Assembly: GCA_026625185.1 (NCBI GenBank)
Contig: CP113000.1
Coordinates: 2,145,622-2,177,621, forward strand
DNA: 32,000 nucleotides
Direction of reading: 5' to 3'
Source of the DNA: Thermodesulfobacteriota bacterium
GTDB lineage: Bacteria > Desulfobacterota > WTBG01 > JAGOGO01
Shown: in pieces, positions 8,385 to 17,551 of the stretch
Position numbering within the stretch: position 1 is the first letter of the stretch
Layout: each line of letters begins with the position of its first letter
Position numbers and translations under genes: made by a program
Notes under the pieces: model-generated
Databases searched by the model: none
Seen by the model: only the letters and a program-made list of their open reading frames with translations
What the model was told of the DNA's origin: nothing

Positions 8385-9254
8385 GTGAAACCGGAAACAA
8401 TAAAAAATGGCGCCCCCGAAACTCCCTGGCGGCTTTTCTGGAAAGGGTTTAAGAAAAATAAGCTGGCAGTGAGCGGGACTATTATTATTGCGGGGCTTTT
8501 TATCATCGCTATCTTTGCTCCGGTTATTGCTCCGTATGACCAGGATGCCATCATGGTCAAAGAAATTCTGCAGCCTCCGTCACAAAAACATCTTATGGGG
8601 ACTGATGAACTTGGCCGTGATGTCTTAACCCGCATCATGTGGGGATCGCGTGTCTCCTTGCTGGTCGGATTTTTGGCGGTGGGTATTTCAGTGGCGATCG
8701 GGGTGCTTTTAGGATCATTAGCCGGCTACTATGGCAGGTTAGTAGATGCCATTATCATGCGCTTTGTTGATGTGATGCTCTGCTTTCCCACCTTTTTCCT
8801 TATCTTGGCAGTTATCGCATTCTGGGAGCCGAGCATCTGGAAGATTATGTTGGTGATTGGTCTTACGAGTTGGATGGGTGTGGCCCGTCTGGTGCGTGCG
8901 GAATTTTTATCTTTAAAAGAAAGAGATTTTTTCCAGGCCGCGCGAGCTTTGGGAGGAAAAGACCTTCGAATTATTTTTCGGCATATCCTTCCTAACAGTT
9001 TAGCCCCGGTATTGGTTAGTGCTACCTTAGGCGTGGCGGGGGCCATATTGACTGAAGCTGCTCTCAGCTTTTTGGGTATCGGCATTCAGCCTCCTGATCC
9101 GAGTTGGGGTAATATGCTCACCGCCGGAAAGGATAATATTGAGATTGCGTGGTGGCTTTCTTTTTTCCCGGGGTTTGCCATTTTTATCACGGTTATGGGG
9201 TATAATATGCTGGGTGAAGGGATAAGAGACGCGATTGATCCTCGGCTAAGGTAG
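8385..9254 (+). CDS. ABC transporter permease (OppC/DppC-like)
   Basis: Motifs are TPWRLFWKGFKKNKLAV, HLMGTDELGRDVLTR and an EAA loop AARALGGKDLRIIFRHILPN. The start is GTG. Confidence 0.85.
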   Translation: MKPETIKNGAPETPWRLFWKGFKKNKLAVSGTIIIAGLFIIAIFAPVIAPYDQDAIMVKEILQPPSQKHLMGTDELGRDVLTRIMWGSRVSLLVGFLAVGISVAIGVLLGSLAGYYGRLVDAIIMRFVDVMLCFPTFFLILAVIAFWEPSIWKIMLVIGLTSWMGVARLVRAEFLSLKERDFFQAARALGGKDLRIIFRHILPNSLAPVLVSATLGVAGAILTEAALSFLGIGIQPPDPSWGNMLTAGKDNIEIAWWLSFFPGFAIFITVMGYNMLGEGIRDAIDPRLR

Positions 9255-9350
9255 TGTGCCCGGGTTAAGTGTTTGCGGGCCGGTGCGCACACATGGCGTT
9301 TTTGGTCTCGGAATTATGAAACCTATGAACAACAGACATTCAAGAATCAC

Positions 9351-10328
9351 ATGGACAACAACCTGCTTCTTACTATCAAAAACCTGAAGACCTATTTTTA
9401 CACTGACTACGGGGTTGTCAAGGCGGTAGACGGGATTAATCTTCATGTAGGAGAGAAGGAAACGCTTGGAATTGTGGGAGAGTCCGGATCCGGCAAAAGT
9501 GTCACCGGCCTTTCTTTGCTTCGTTTGATCCCTTCTCCACCCGGAAAAATTGTTGAAGGAGACATTATTTTTCAGGGGCACAATCTCCTTTTATTAAGCG
9601 AAAAAGAGATGAGGAAGATTCGTGGCAACAAAATCTCGATGATCTTCCAGGAGCCCATGACATCGCTTAACCCCGTTTTCACGATCGGCAATCAGATCGC
9701 CGAGGCGATAACCCTCCACCAGGGGTCAAAAAGAAAAGAAGCGTACGAGAAAACGATTGAAGTGCTTCGTATGGTAGGAATACCTGGGCCCGAGGAGCGC
9801 GTTAAGCATTATCCCCACCAGATGAGCGGCGGCATGCGGCAGCGTGTGATGATTGCGATGGCAATCTCCTGTGAACCGGCTCTTCTTATTGCCGATGAGC
9901 CCACGACGGCGCTTGATGTTACCATTCAGGCCCAGATTTTAGATCTGCTTCGGAATTTAAAACAAACCTTGAATATGGCAATGATTCTGGTCAGCCATGA
10001 CTTGGGAGTGATTGCGGAGACGGCGGATCGGATTGCGGTTATGTATGGAGGTTCTATCTTGGAATATGGACCGGCAGCAGAAATTTTTCGTCATTCACTC
10101 AATCCCTATACCCGTGGGCTTTTAAAGTCACTTCCATATTACCAAAAGCGAAAATCACGCTTTAAAACCATACCAGGACAGGTTCCTGACCCTCTCAACC
10201 TCCCTGCCGGCTGTAAATTTCATCCGCGTTGTGATATGGTCATAGATAAATGCCGAAAAGTAGAGCCTGAATTTGAGGAAGTAATTCATGGTCATTGGTC
10301 AAAGTGCCATCGAAGTCGGGATTTATAG
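9351..10328 (+). CDS. ABC transporter ATP-binding protein (OppD/DppD-like)
   Basis: It has Walker A GESGSGKS, signature MSGGMRQR and Walker [13 protein letters not shown]. The Opp C-terminal Cys motif GCKFHPRC...KC is present. ATG 9351 ([12 protein letters not shown]) is preferred over the upstream ORF-track start. Confidence 0.9.
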   Translation: MDNNLLLTIKNLKTYFYTDYGVVKAVDGINLHVGEKETLGIVGESGSGKSVTGLSLLRLIPSPPGKIVEGDIIFQGHNLLLLSEKEMRKIRGNKISMIFQEPMTSLNPVFTIGNQIAEAITLHQGSKRKEAYEKTIEVLRMVGIPGPEERVKHYPHQMSGGMRQRVMIAMAISCEPALLIADEPTTALDVTIQAQILDLLRNLKQTLNMAMILVSHDLGVIAETADRIAVMYGGSILEYGPAAEIFRHSLNPYTRGLLKSLPYYQKRKSRFKTIPGQVPDPLNLPAGCKFHPRCDMVIDKCRKVEPEFEEVIHGHWSKCHRSRDL

Positions 10329-10397
10329 GCAACAGGAAGATAGAGGGGTGATGCTGGTGTCGCCCGGCAGGTTTTTTTACGGATAACGTTTTGAATT

Positions 10398-11360
10398 ATG
10401 AATAATCTTCTCGAAGCAATTAATATAAAAAAATACTTTCCCCCTCAGGGGGGACTCATAACACCGAGGGGTAAATCAGTCAAAGCAGTTGATGGAGTGA
10501 GTTTTACTCTGGGCCGGGAAGAGACCCTGGGCTTAGTGGGCGAAAGCGGATGCGGTAAAACAACCTTGGGAAGGGTGATTCTTCGCCTCATAGAACCAAC
10601 GGAAGGATTACTTTTGTTTGAGGAAAAAAATGTTTTCTCCCTAAGCAAGAAAGAAATTCGGAGCCTCCGCAAGGATATGCAGATTATTTTTCAGGATCCT
10701 TTCGGTTCACTGAACCCCCGGATGAAGGCGGGGAGCATTATTGAAGAGCCGCTTAAGATTCATCAGCAGCTGAGTAAACAAGAAAGACAACAACAGGTCA
10801 GTAACCTCCTCGAAATGGTTGGACTTCGGGCCCAAGACGCGGAACGGTATCCTCATGAGTTTAGCGGTGGGCAACGCCAGCGGATAGGAATAGCGAGAGC
10901 AATAAGCTTGCATCCAAAATTAATTGTAGCGGATGAGCCGGTTTCCGCGCTCGATGTTTCCATCCAGGGCCAGATAATTAATCTCCTTATTGACCTGAGG
11001 GAAAAGTTTCACTTAACCTACCTCTTTATCTCTCATGACCTTCATCTGGTCAATCATTTTAGCGACCGGATAGCAGTAATGTACCTTGGTAGGATTGTGG
11101 AGATGTCTGCTTGTGAGACGCTTTATAACAAACCACTCCACCCTTATACGAAAGCTCTTTTTGCGGCAGTTCCCATACCGGACCCAGAAACTAAAAAAAT
11201 TCGTCTTACGGTATCAGGAGATGTGCCTGACCCATCCAAACCACCCACAGGGTGCCATTTTCACCCCCGGTGTCCATACGTAATGCCGATTTGTAAAGGG
11301 AATTATCCCCTTTTAGAGATGAAAGAGTCGGGACATTTGGCAGCATGTCATTTATATTGA
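10398..11360 (+). CDS. ABC transporter ATP-binding protein (OppF/DppF-like)
   Basis: It has Walker A GESGCGKTT, signature FSGGQRQR and Walker B LIVADEPVSALD, plus the C-terminal GCHFHPRCPYVMPIC motif. Confidence 0.9.
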   Translation: MNNLLEAINIKKYFPPQGGLITPRGKSVKAVDGVSFTLGREETLGLVGESGCGKTTLGRVILRLIEPTEGLLLFEEKNVFSLSKKEIRSLRKDMQIIFQDPFGSLNPRMKAGSIIEEPLKIHQQLSKQERQQQVSNLLEMVGLRAQDAERYPHEFSGGQRQRIGIARAISLHPKLIVADEPVSALDVSIQGQIINLLIDLREKFHLTYLFISHDLHLVNHFSDRIAVMYLGRIVEMSACETLYNKPLHPYTKALFAAVPIPDPETKKIRLTVSGDVPDPSKPPTGCHFHPRCPYVMPICKGNYPLLEMKESGHLAACHLY

Positions 11361-11364
11361 GGAC

Positions 11365-11409
11365 TCCTTCACCCTCACCCTGACCCTCTCCCTCAAGGGA
11401 CAGGGAATT
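11365..11409. repeat. Hairpin-repeat copy immediately after the last ABC gene
   Basis: tccttcaccctcaccctgaccctctccct-caa-gggacagggaa. The arms ccctctccc / gggacaggg have one central mismatch. Confidence 0.6.
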
Positions 11410-11423
11410 TTGGGTTGATTCTC

Positions 11424-11567
11424 TTTCTTAAGAGACTGTGCCACAAGTAAGCTATGCGCACTTCGACATGCTCAGTGCACGATCTTTGTTTGGTCGTTGA
11501 GCTTGTCGGAACGACCTCTTTTGGGCCGGTCTAAAGGATATGGCTAATATGAAACAGTCTCTAAGGG
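11424..11567. mobile_element. About 140-bp MITE-like insert bounded by 12-13 bp inverted repeats (CTTAAGAGACTGT ... ACAGTCTCTAAG)
   Basis: The left arm is 11427-11439 and the right arm is 11554-11565. The 8-bp core GAGACTGT/ACAGTCTC is perfect, and there is one 1-nt indel in the outer part. The interior carries GC-rich segments (gcgcacttcgacatgctcagtgcacg and the hairpin below) unlike the AT-rich surroundings. Confidence 0.35.
11492..11522 (+). terminator. Candidate intrinsic terminator for the ABC operon (7-bp stem, 11-nt loop, T-tract)
   Basis: ggtcgtt-gagcttgtcgg-aacgacc is followed by tctttt. It lies inside the MITE-like insert. Confidence 0.4.
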
Positions 11568-11600
11568 AGAAGGGAAATTTAAAGTGGATTTTGAAACGTT

Positions 11601-11641
11601 ACCTCATCTACCCTGCGGGGAGAGGACTAAGGAGAGGGGGC
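11601..11641. repeat. Degenerate hairpin-repeat copy
   Basis: acctcatctaccctgcggggagaggactaaggagagggggc contains the family arm motifs GGGGAGAGG and GAGAGGGGG, but the pairing is only weak. Confidence 0.5.
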
Positions 11642-11697
11642 ATTATGTCATCATATTGCTCTGATTAATAGTAAAAAATTGTAAGGAGGTTTAATTT

Positions 11698-11883
11698 ATG
11701 TCTGAAACTTTACCCCAAGGCGAACATATAAGGAAAGCGGTTAAATGGATTTCGGCAAACCTGAAAGAAGATCCGGAACAATCGCTTAAAAAACTTATCA
11801 ACGAAGCCATCCTTCGTTTTGATCTTTCTCCTGGTGATTCTGAATTTTTAATCAACTTTTATCGGGAGGAGAAAAAAGGCTAA
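11698..11883 (+). CDS. Small (61-aa) hypothetical cytoplasmic protein
   Basis: A strong SD (AAGGAGG) lies 8 nt before the ATG. The ORF stands alone in an intergenic island and no overlapping ORF explains it. The product is helical and charged (MSETLPQGEHIRKAVKWISANLKEDPEQSLKKLINEAILRFDLSPGDSEFLINFYREEKKG). I do not recognise a family. Confidence 0.5.
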   Translation: MSETLPQGEHIRKAVKWISANLKEDPEQSLKKLINEAILRFDLSPGDSEFLINFYREEKKG

Positions 11884-11933
11884 TACCAAGTCGCCTTCAT
11901 TTGCATATCTTTGTTGTCTCCTCGGCATACTCT

Positions 11934-11980
11934 CCCCTCACCCATCCCTCTCCCCAGCGGGGAGAGGGATGGGTGAGGGG
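11934..11980. repeat. Best-preserved copy of the hairpin element: a perfect 22-bp stem with a 3-nt loop
   Basis: CCCCTCACCCATCCCTCTCCCC-agc-GGGGAGAGGGATGGGTGAGGGG, verified base by base. It sits between the convergent small ORF and dsrP. No U-tract follows on either strand. Confidence 0.9.
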
Positions 11981-12043
11981 GCCTGGGCCGATTCCTAGTT
12001 GCCGCCTCGATCTGCTTTTGAATGCAACTTGTTATGAAGTCGG

Positions 12044-13201
12044 CTAACTCCCGACCTCTTCTTTTATCGAGACCGCAATTTTATAAAGCACGGTAAGGAT
12101 CGAAAAACCTATCGCCCAGATCCCGAGAGTGATCAATACTTCCGGCGCCGTGGGGGTATATTCGGTTATTTCTTCCAAGGGTGAGGGAATAAACCCGGTA
12201 ACGACTAAGCCAAGTCCCTTTTCAATCCACAGTGAAACAAATACCGCCACACAAGCCAGGGCCAGGGTCTTCTCGTTTTTCCGGGTGTTCGGATTAATCA
12301 AAAGAAAGGTCGCGCCTACTGCCAGGATCACAAAAGACCACATCCAGGGGACGAGTTTAGTATGACCGTGAAGACCGAAAAACAGATATTGAAAGTGGCT
12401 CATGTGTTCGGGTATTTGGCTGTAAAATGCGGTGAAAAGCTCCATGAGAACAAAAAAGATACTGATGAGCATCGCATAGGTAACAATCTTAGCTAAGGTC
12501 TGGAAGGCTTCTTTCCCGGGATCAAACTTGGAAAATTTTCTTACGATAAAGCCTAAAAGGATAAGCAGCGCGGGACCGGAAGCAAAGGCTGACGCTAAAA
12601 AACGAGGCGCCATAATCGCGGTGAGCCAGAACCCTCTTCCGGGAAGCCCGGCGTAAATAAAGGCAGTGACGGTATGGATGCTAACCGCCCAGGGAATAGA
12701 AAGATAGATAAGAGGTTTAACCCATTTGGGAGGAGGTACATCCGCCCGTTCCGCTGCAAGCACCGTCCAGCCGATCACGATGTTCAACACTAAATAACCA
12801 TTGAGCACGACCATATCCCAGAACAGGATCGAACTTGGAGTAGGGTAGAGTAAAACATTAAAAGCGCGGTCAGGTCGTCCCAGGTCAGCGATGATGAACG
12901 ATAAACACATCGTGACTGAAGCTACCGCGAGGAATTCACCTAAGATGGTTATCCTTCCAAAGAGCTTATAATGATGGAGATAGTAAGGCAAGACCACCAT
13001 AACCGCGGATGCGGCAACCCCTACCAAAAAAGTAAATTGGGCAATGTAGAGCCCCCAGGATACATCGCGGCTCATGCCGGTTATGCCCAAACCAAAGCTT
13101 AATTGTTTTAAATAACAAAAAAAGCCGACAACAATAATGCCGCCTAAAAGAGATAGTAAAGCCCAATATTTTTTACTTCCGGTTAGTGCTTTTTCTAACA
13201 T
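12044..13201 (-). CDS. dsrP: DsrP, NrfD/PsrC-family integral membrane quinone-interacting subunit
   Basis: The product is about 385 aa with about 10 TM helices (NrfD-like). It is the last gene of a dsrMKJOP-ordered cluster. ATG 13201 (MLEKALTGSKKYW) is preceded by GAGGAG, and the ORF-track N-terminal extension to 13354 overlaps dsrO. Confidence 0.85.
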   Translation of the reverse strand: MLEKALTGSKKYWALLSLLGGIIVVGFFCYLKQLSFGLGITGMSRDVSWGLYIAQFTFLVGVAASAVMVVLPYYLHHYKLFGRITILGEFLAVASVTMCLSFIIADLGRPDRAFNVLLYPTPSSILFWDMVVLNGYLVLNIVIGWTVLAAERADVPPPKWVKPLIYLSIPWAVSIHTVTAFIYAGLPGRGFWLTAIMAPRFLASAFASGPALLILLGFIVRKFSKFDPGKEAFQTLAKIVTYAMLISIFFVLMELFTAFYSQIPEHMSHFQYLFFGLHGHTKLVPWMWSFVILAVGATFLLINPNTRKNEKTLALACVAVFVSLWIEKGLGLVVTGFIPSPLEEITEYTPTAPEVLITLGIWAIGFSILTVLYKIAVSIKEEVGS

Positions 13202-13208
13202 AGTCTCC

Positions 13209-13988
13209 TCACGCGATATAATAAATTTGAGGCATTGTCCCCAGCTGTGGTTTTCGTCGGATGGTATGATGAGCACGGAGAAGCCCCCGCAATTCAGAGT
13301 TTGCGTCTTCCAGATCACCAAAAACCAAAGCCTTTTCTTTGCACGCTTCAACACAAGCAGGGATAAGACCTTTAGCGAGCCTTTCGCTGCAAAAATTACA
13401 TTTTTCTACCACCCCTCTCTCCCGGGTGGGGAATTCTTTATTGATTTCCTTGATGAAGGGTCGGGGGTCCCTCCAGTTCAAGCTTCTTGAACCGTAGGGG
13501 CATCCGGCCATGCAGAAACGACAACCAATGCACCGGTGATAATCCATCATGACAATTCCATCCTCACGCTTCCAGGTAGCTTTGGTGGGACAAACTCTCA
13601 CACACGGCGGATTATCGCAGTGGTTACAGAGCGTAATAAACTGACTTCCCTTCAGAGTCTGATCAATGTATTCCTGCATATACACGGTTTCATCGCCCGG
13701 AAACGCTTTTTCATAAGGTTCTTTCCAGATCCACTTCACCTCATCTTTAGGATTCCCCAAATCAGGGACATTATGGACCTGATGACACGCTTTGAGACAG
13801 TCTTGGCAGTCCTCTTTGCATTTTTTCATGTCAATAATCATGGCCCAGCGTTTTCCGGTTAGGGCGTCCGGACTAGGCAAGATTTTTGGTTCTTCATTGA
13901 CGGCCAAAGCTTTTTGGAGGGGCTTAGAGCCTATTCCTAAAAGAGAAATTCCGGCAACTTTTAAAAACGTTCGTTTACTGTTATCCAT
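13209..13988 (-). CDS. dsrO: DsrO, periplasmic 4x[4Fe-4S] ferredoxin-like subunit with a Tat-type signal
   Basis: The signal is MDNSKRTFLKVAGISLLGIG (KR variant of the RR motif). Cys clusters are CNHCDNPPCVRVCP, CIGCRFCMAGCPYG and CNFCSERL...ACVEAC. Its ATG overlaps the dsrJ stop (TAATG). Confidence 0.85.
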   Translation of the reverse strand: MDNSKRTFLKVAGISLLGIGSKPLQKALAVNEEPKILPSPDALTGKRWAMIIDMKKCKEDCQDCLKACHQVHNVPDLGNPKDEVKWIWKEPYEKAFPGDETVYMQEYIDQTLKGSQFITLCNHCDNPPCVRVCPTKATWKREDGIVMMDYHRCIGCRFCMAGCPYGSRSLNWRDPRPFIKEINKEFPTRERGVVEKCNFCSERLAKGLIPACVEACKEKALVFGDLEDANSELRGLLRAHHTIRRKPQLGTMPQIYYIA

Positions 13989-14371
13989 TAACTTTTCTCC
14001 TCAGGGATAATATGGCAGTTCCAGCAAGTTGGTGTTACGCCAACATAGTTATGGCACTGGTCACAGAATTGCTGTTTATTTGAGTGGCAGTTAAGACAGG
14101 TCTTGGTAAGACTCATCGTATAATTTTTTCCGTCGCTGCCTTTATAGGAATACATCTTTTCTCTCACCACCCTGTCTCTCCACTGGATAAGAAGTTTCAT
14201 GTGCGAGTCTCTCATATAGGGAGTAGCCTCGACACACTGCTTTTCCTTGGTAATGATTTTTGGCTCCGGCTTGGTGGCCGCCTTTCCGGTAAACGCATCA
14301 TACCAGAGGGGAAAGGTTATCAGGCAGAGAAAAACAATAAGTCCGGTTATGATCTTGCCCGTGTCATACAT
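13988..14371 (-). CDS. dsrJ: DsrJ, membrane-anchored periplasmic triheme cytochrome c
   Basis: There are three CxxCH motifs (CLNCH, CDQCH, CWNCH) and a single N-terminal TM helix. ATG 14371 (MYDTGKI) has GGAGG 9 nt upstream, and the ORF-track start at 14404 would overlap dsrK. Confidence 0.85.
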   Translation of the reverse strand: MYDTGKIITGLIVFLCLITFPLWYDAFTGKAATKPEPKIITKEKQCVEATPYMRDSHMKLLIQWRDRVVREKMYSYKGSDGKNYTMSLTKTCLNCHSNKQQFCDQCHNYVGVTPTCWNCHIIPEEKS

Positions 14372-14375
14372 GCGA

Positions 14376-15989
14376 TTATTCCTCCAGTTCTTTAAGCGGT
14401 TCACCCCGCAAATCAGTTTCTCTTTCTTTTTCCCCCTTCAACACTAAAGCATTCGCAACCATTTCGTGTATTCCCGTGACCTGGACCCCGGGAGCCCAAT
14501 AATCACAAAGGGGGACGAGCGTGGCACGGTCAATGGCGCACATGCACGCAAGGCGATTTACCCCATGTTTCTCCTGCACATACTTGACGGCATTGCCTCG
14601 CGGCAGTCCGCCCCGAAGCCGCATTTCCATATTCTCATCATTACCTAAACCAGCACCTCCGGCACAACAGAACGTTTTCTCTTTAATAGTATTTTCCGGC
14701 ATATCATAAAACTCCTTGCAGACATTTCTGATGACATACCGGGGTTCTTCAAAAATCCCCATCGCCCGGGCCGGGTTACAGGAATCATGGAAGGTAACTT
14801 TTAATTTGTCATTTCGGCTAGGGTCGAGTTTTAATTTGTTGTGTTTAATGAGGTCGGCAGTAAATTCCATGATGTGGACCATCTTGGTGGACTTGGCATT
14901 TTCAAATTTGGTTCCGGTGATGGGCGAGACCGGTTCTTGAAGAAAGTCAGCCGGTCCATTCATGGTGTCCATGTATTGATGAATTACCCGCCACATATGA
15001 CCGCATTCTCCGCCCAGGATCCATTTTACTCCCAGCCGCTTAGCTTCAGCGTAAATCTTGGCGTTGAGTCGCTTGATCATCTCGTGAGAGGTAAAAAGCC
15101 CGAAGTTTCCTCCTTCCGAAGCGTAGGTGCTCCAGGTATAGTTAAGCCCAAGTTCGTGGAAAAGAATGAGGTAGCCCATACAAGTAAAGGTTCCGGGATC
15201 GGCAAAATAATCACCCGAAGGAGTGACAAACAAAATATCGGCACCCTTTTTGTTGAGGGGTATTTCCACCCGAACCCCGGTGATGTCTTCAATGTCATCG
15301 GCAAAAAATTCGAGGGTATCTTTTAGGGTATGGGGATAGACACCAAGATGATTTCCGGTCATAAAACACTTTGCCGCCGGTTCGAGAGCCCAGTTAATTC
15401 CTAAACCGAGAAGGTAAAGAAGCTCTCGTCCGATCATGGTGATTTCCGCGGTGTCAATTCCATAGGGGCAAAAGACGGAACAGCGCCGGCATTCGGTGCA
15501 CTGATAGAAATAATAGAACCATTCTTTAATGACGGTGGGAGTTAATTCTCGCCCCCCCGCGAGTTTACCCAAAACCTTTCCCGCAGCAGTGAACTCTTTA
15601 CGGTAAATTGACCGGAGGAGTTCCGCTCTTAAGACCGGCATATTTTTTGGGTCGCCGGAGCCAAGAAAGAAATGGCACTTGTCTGCGCAGGCTCCGCACC
15701 GGACGCAAATGTCCATAAAAACTTTAAAAGACCGGTATTTGCTTAAGCGCTCCGCAATGCCATTTACAACGATTTCTTTCCAGTTTTCCGGCAGCTTCCA
15801 GTCTTCCTCCATAGGCGACCACTCCCTCGGAAAAGGCAACTCAAGAATTTTGTGGTTTTTAGAAGCGGCCGGATAATTATACGTGCCGGGTTTAAAATTT
15901 ACCGGCGTATCCATCCAGCCTTTTCGGGGCGGCTGATAATCAATTTTTAAAAGCTCTTCTGGTTTTGGAACACCATCTAATTCAGACAT
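14376..15989 (-). CDS. dsrK: DsrK, HdrD-like catalytic subunit (2 x [4Fe-4S] plus CCG domains)
   Basis: Motifs are CVRCGACADKCHFF, CTECRRCSVFCPYGID and the CCG-domain cysteines (FHDSCNPAR, CCAGGAG). The product is 537 aa. Confidence 0.9.
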   Translation of the reverse strand: MSELDGVPKPEELLKIDYQPPRKGWMDTPVNFKPGTYNYPAASKNHKILELPFPREWSPMEEDWKLPENWKEIVVNGIAERLSKYRSFKVFMDICVRCGACADKCHFFLGSGDPKNMPVLRAELLRSIYRKEFTAAGKVLGKLAGGRELTPTVIKEWFYYFYQCTECRRCSVFCPYGIDTAEITMIGRELLYLLGLGINWALEPAAKCFMTGNHLGVYPHTLKDTLEFFADDIEDITGVRVEIPLNKKGADILFVTPSGDYFADPGTFTCMGYLILFHELGLNYTWSTYASEGGNFGLFTSHEMIKRLNAKIYAEAKRLGVKWILGGECGHMWRVIHQYMDTMNGPADFLQEPVSPITGTKFENAKSTKMVHIMEFTADLIKHNKLKLDPSRNDKLKVTFHDSCNPARAMGIFEEPRYVIRNVCKEFYDMPENTIKEKTFCCAGGAGLGNDENMEMRLRGGLPRGNAVKYVQEKHGVNRLACMCAIDRATLVPLCDYWAPGVQVTGIHEMVANALVLKGEKERETDLRGEPLKELEE

Positions 15990-15992
15990 TTT

Positions 15993-17012
15993 TTACTCCT
16001 TATCCACCGGGATTTCCGCGGCTTTCATCTTTTCCCTAAATTCATCCTCATATTCCTCGTAAGTATGAACTTTTACGGGATAATTCCAGGGGTTGATGTG
16101 TCTTTTGGACCGGTTGTTATTAGCCAAATTTCTGGTTGGACTTAAGAAGACTCCGCCCAGATGCATCAACTTGCTGAACGGAAAATAGGCAATGAGAAGG
16201 CAAACAAAAAAGAGATGGACATAAAATAGAACGCCGATCCCTTCCGGAAGTGCGGGACGAAAGCTAATGAGGCTTAATGCTAATTCCTTTACCTTGATGA
16301 GGTCAACTTTATAAATGTGGCGCATGAACATCCCCGATCCGATGATGCAAAAGAGAAGAAAAAGCGGGAAATAATCAGCCGGAAGGGAAACATAACGAAT
16401 TTTAGGAACCAAGACGCGTCGAAGAAAAAGATGGGTTATTGCCGCCACAATAAGAGCATCAGTTAAATAAAGCGCGGGAACACCAATTTCAAAAAGATTA
16501 TCTAATTTGTCAATGAATTGTATTGCAAAGGGCACCGGCTCGGTAAAAAATCTAAGGTGACGGGTGAGAATGATAAAAAATGACCAGTGAAATGTTAACC
16601 CAGCCAGCCATAGCCACTTTGCCGACCAATGAATTAACTTGGGCCCTTCATTGAGCTCAGTATTTGTGTTCCGAAAAAGTGAGCGAAAAAGAAGCACTTC
16701 CAGTGCCAGTCTTTTGATGACATCGAGCGTAGTAAAAGGGCTTTCCAGGCGGTTGGCTTTTATCCAGTCGAGAGATTTTTCCTGTCCGCAGACCGTGGTG
16801 ATCCGGAACGGAACCGGAGATTTTGCCCAGCTTAGGATGCGATAAAGAAAACCCATTAAAAATATCGCTAATGCAAGGTAGGGTATAAAAATCCCAAAAA
16901 CATTCTCCAAATGAGTATAGCTGACGACTCCTAACACTAACAATAAAAGGAACAAAATAATAATAAACGGTAACATGATGCTCATAATAAAGGTCATTTT
17001 AATGTGCCTCAC
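15993..17012 (-). CDS. dsrM: DsrM, NarI-like dihaem b membrane subunit
   Basis: The product is about 335 aa with 5-6 TM helices and a NarI/HdrE-like layout, and it sits directly upstream of dsrK. The start is either GTG 17012 (GTGA overlap with the upstream gene) or ATG 16997 (GAGG 9 nt upstream). Confidence 0.8.
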   Translation of the reverse strand: MRHIKMTFIMSIMLPFIIILFLLLLVLGVVSYTHLENVFGIFIPYLALAIFLMGFLYRILSWAKSPVPFRITTVCGQEKSLDWIKANRLESPFTTLDVIKRLALEVLLFRSLFRNTNTELNEGPKLIHWSAKWLWLAGLTFHWSFFIILTRHLRFFTEPVPFAIQFIDKLDNLFEIGVPALYLTDALIVAAITHLFLRRVLVPKIRYVSLPADYFPLFLLFCIIGSGMFMRHIYKVDLIKVKELALSLISFRPALPEGIGVLFYVHLFFVCLLIAYFPFSKLMHLGGVFLSPTRNLANNNRSKRHINPWNYPVKVHTYEEYEDEFREKMKAAEIPVDKE

Positions 17013-17551
17013 TTTTTATATGATTTACTTTTAGTTTTTTCTTCTGGTGTTTTGGGTATACGGTTTAATCTTCTTACCAGACCGGAATACCTGTTTTTTA
17101 CCTCATTGGCCCTCAGTTCAAATACTTTTTCACGACATTCCACATAACGATTGAAAGCCGCCAAGGCGAGTTCATCAATTTTAGACTCAAAGGTCAAAAA
17201 CTCATCGAACAATTCTTTTTCTTTAAACTCTTTTTTTAATTCATCTCTAATCACCTTTTTGAGCATAAAGATGAAGGAAAGCGCCTGGGCAGGGGTGAAT
17301 TCTTGGACCGCTCGAATATGGATAATGCGATCCAAAAAGGAGGAAATTTGTTTATGATTACCTTCCTTAATAAGTCCATCAAACAAATCCTCTATTCCCT
17401 TAAAAATAGTTGCGCCAACCGGATTTGCAAAAGGATCATTTTCATTCTTTAAAAATGTGGCGGTTTCTTCCGGATAGGTTCGCAGAACAAGGTGAAACCA
17501 TTTTTTTACCAGAGCTGGTTTGTGTTGGGATAAAATTTCCTCGAATTTCAT
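17009..17551 (-). CDS. RsbRD_N-like domain protein (function unknown), first gene of the dsr operon
   Basis: A 180-aa soluble helical protein. Blocks LVKKWFHLVLRTYPEETATFLKNENDPFANPVG and RIIHIRAVQEFTPAQALSFIF match my recollection of the RsbRD N-terminal domain family. Its stop overlaps the dsrM start. Confidence 0.55.
   Translation of the reverse strand: MKFEEILSQHKPALVKKWFHLVLRTYPEETATFLKNENDPFANPVGATIFKGIEDLFDGLIKEGNHKQISSFLDRIIHIRAVQEFTPAQALSFIFMLKKVIRDELKKEFKEKELFDEFLTFESKIDELALAAFNRYVECREKVFELRANEVKNRYSGLVRRLNRIPKTPEEKTKSKSYKK

Noticed and set aside
11934-11980. The 22-bp perfect hairpin as an intrinsic terminator for dsrP and the small ORF.
   Set aside because: No U-tract follows on either strand, and the hairpin belongs to the dispersed repeat family. 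A terminator or stabiliser function is possible but cannot be called from sequence.
13202-13354. A 51-codon N-terminal extension of the dsrP ORF (the 436-aa version).
   Set aside because: It overlaps the 3' end of dsrO. The internal ATG 13201 has a GAGGAG SD and begins just before the first TM helix.
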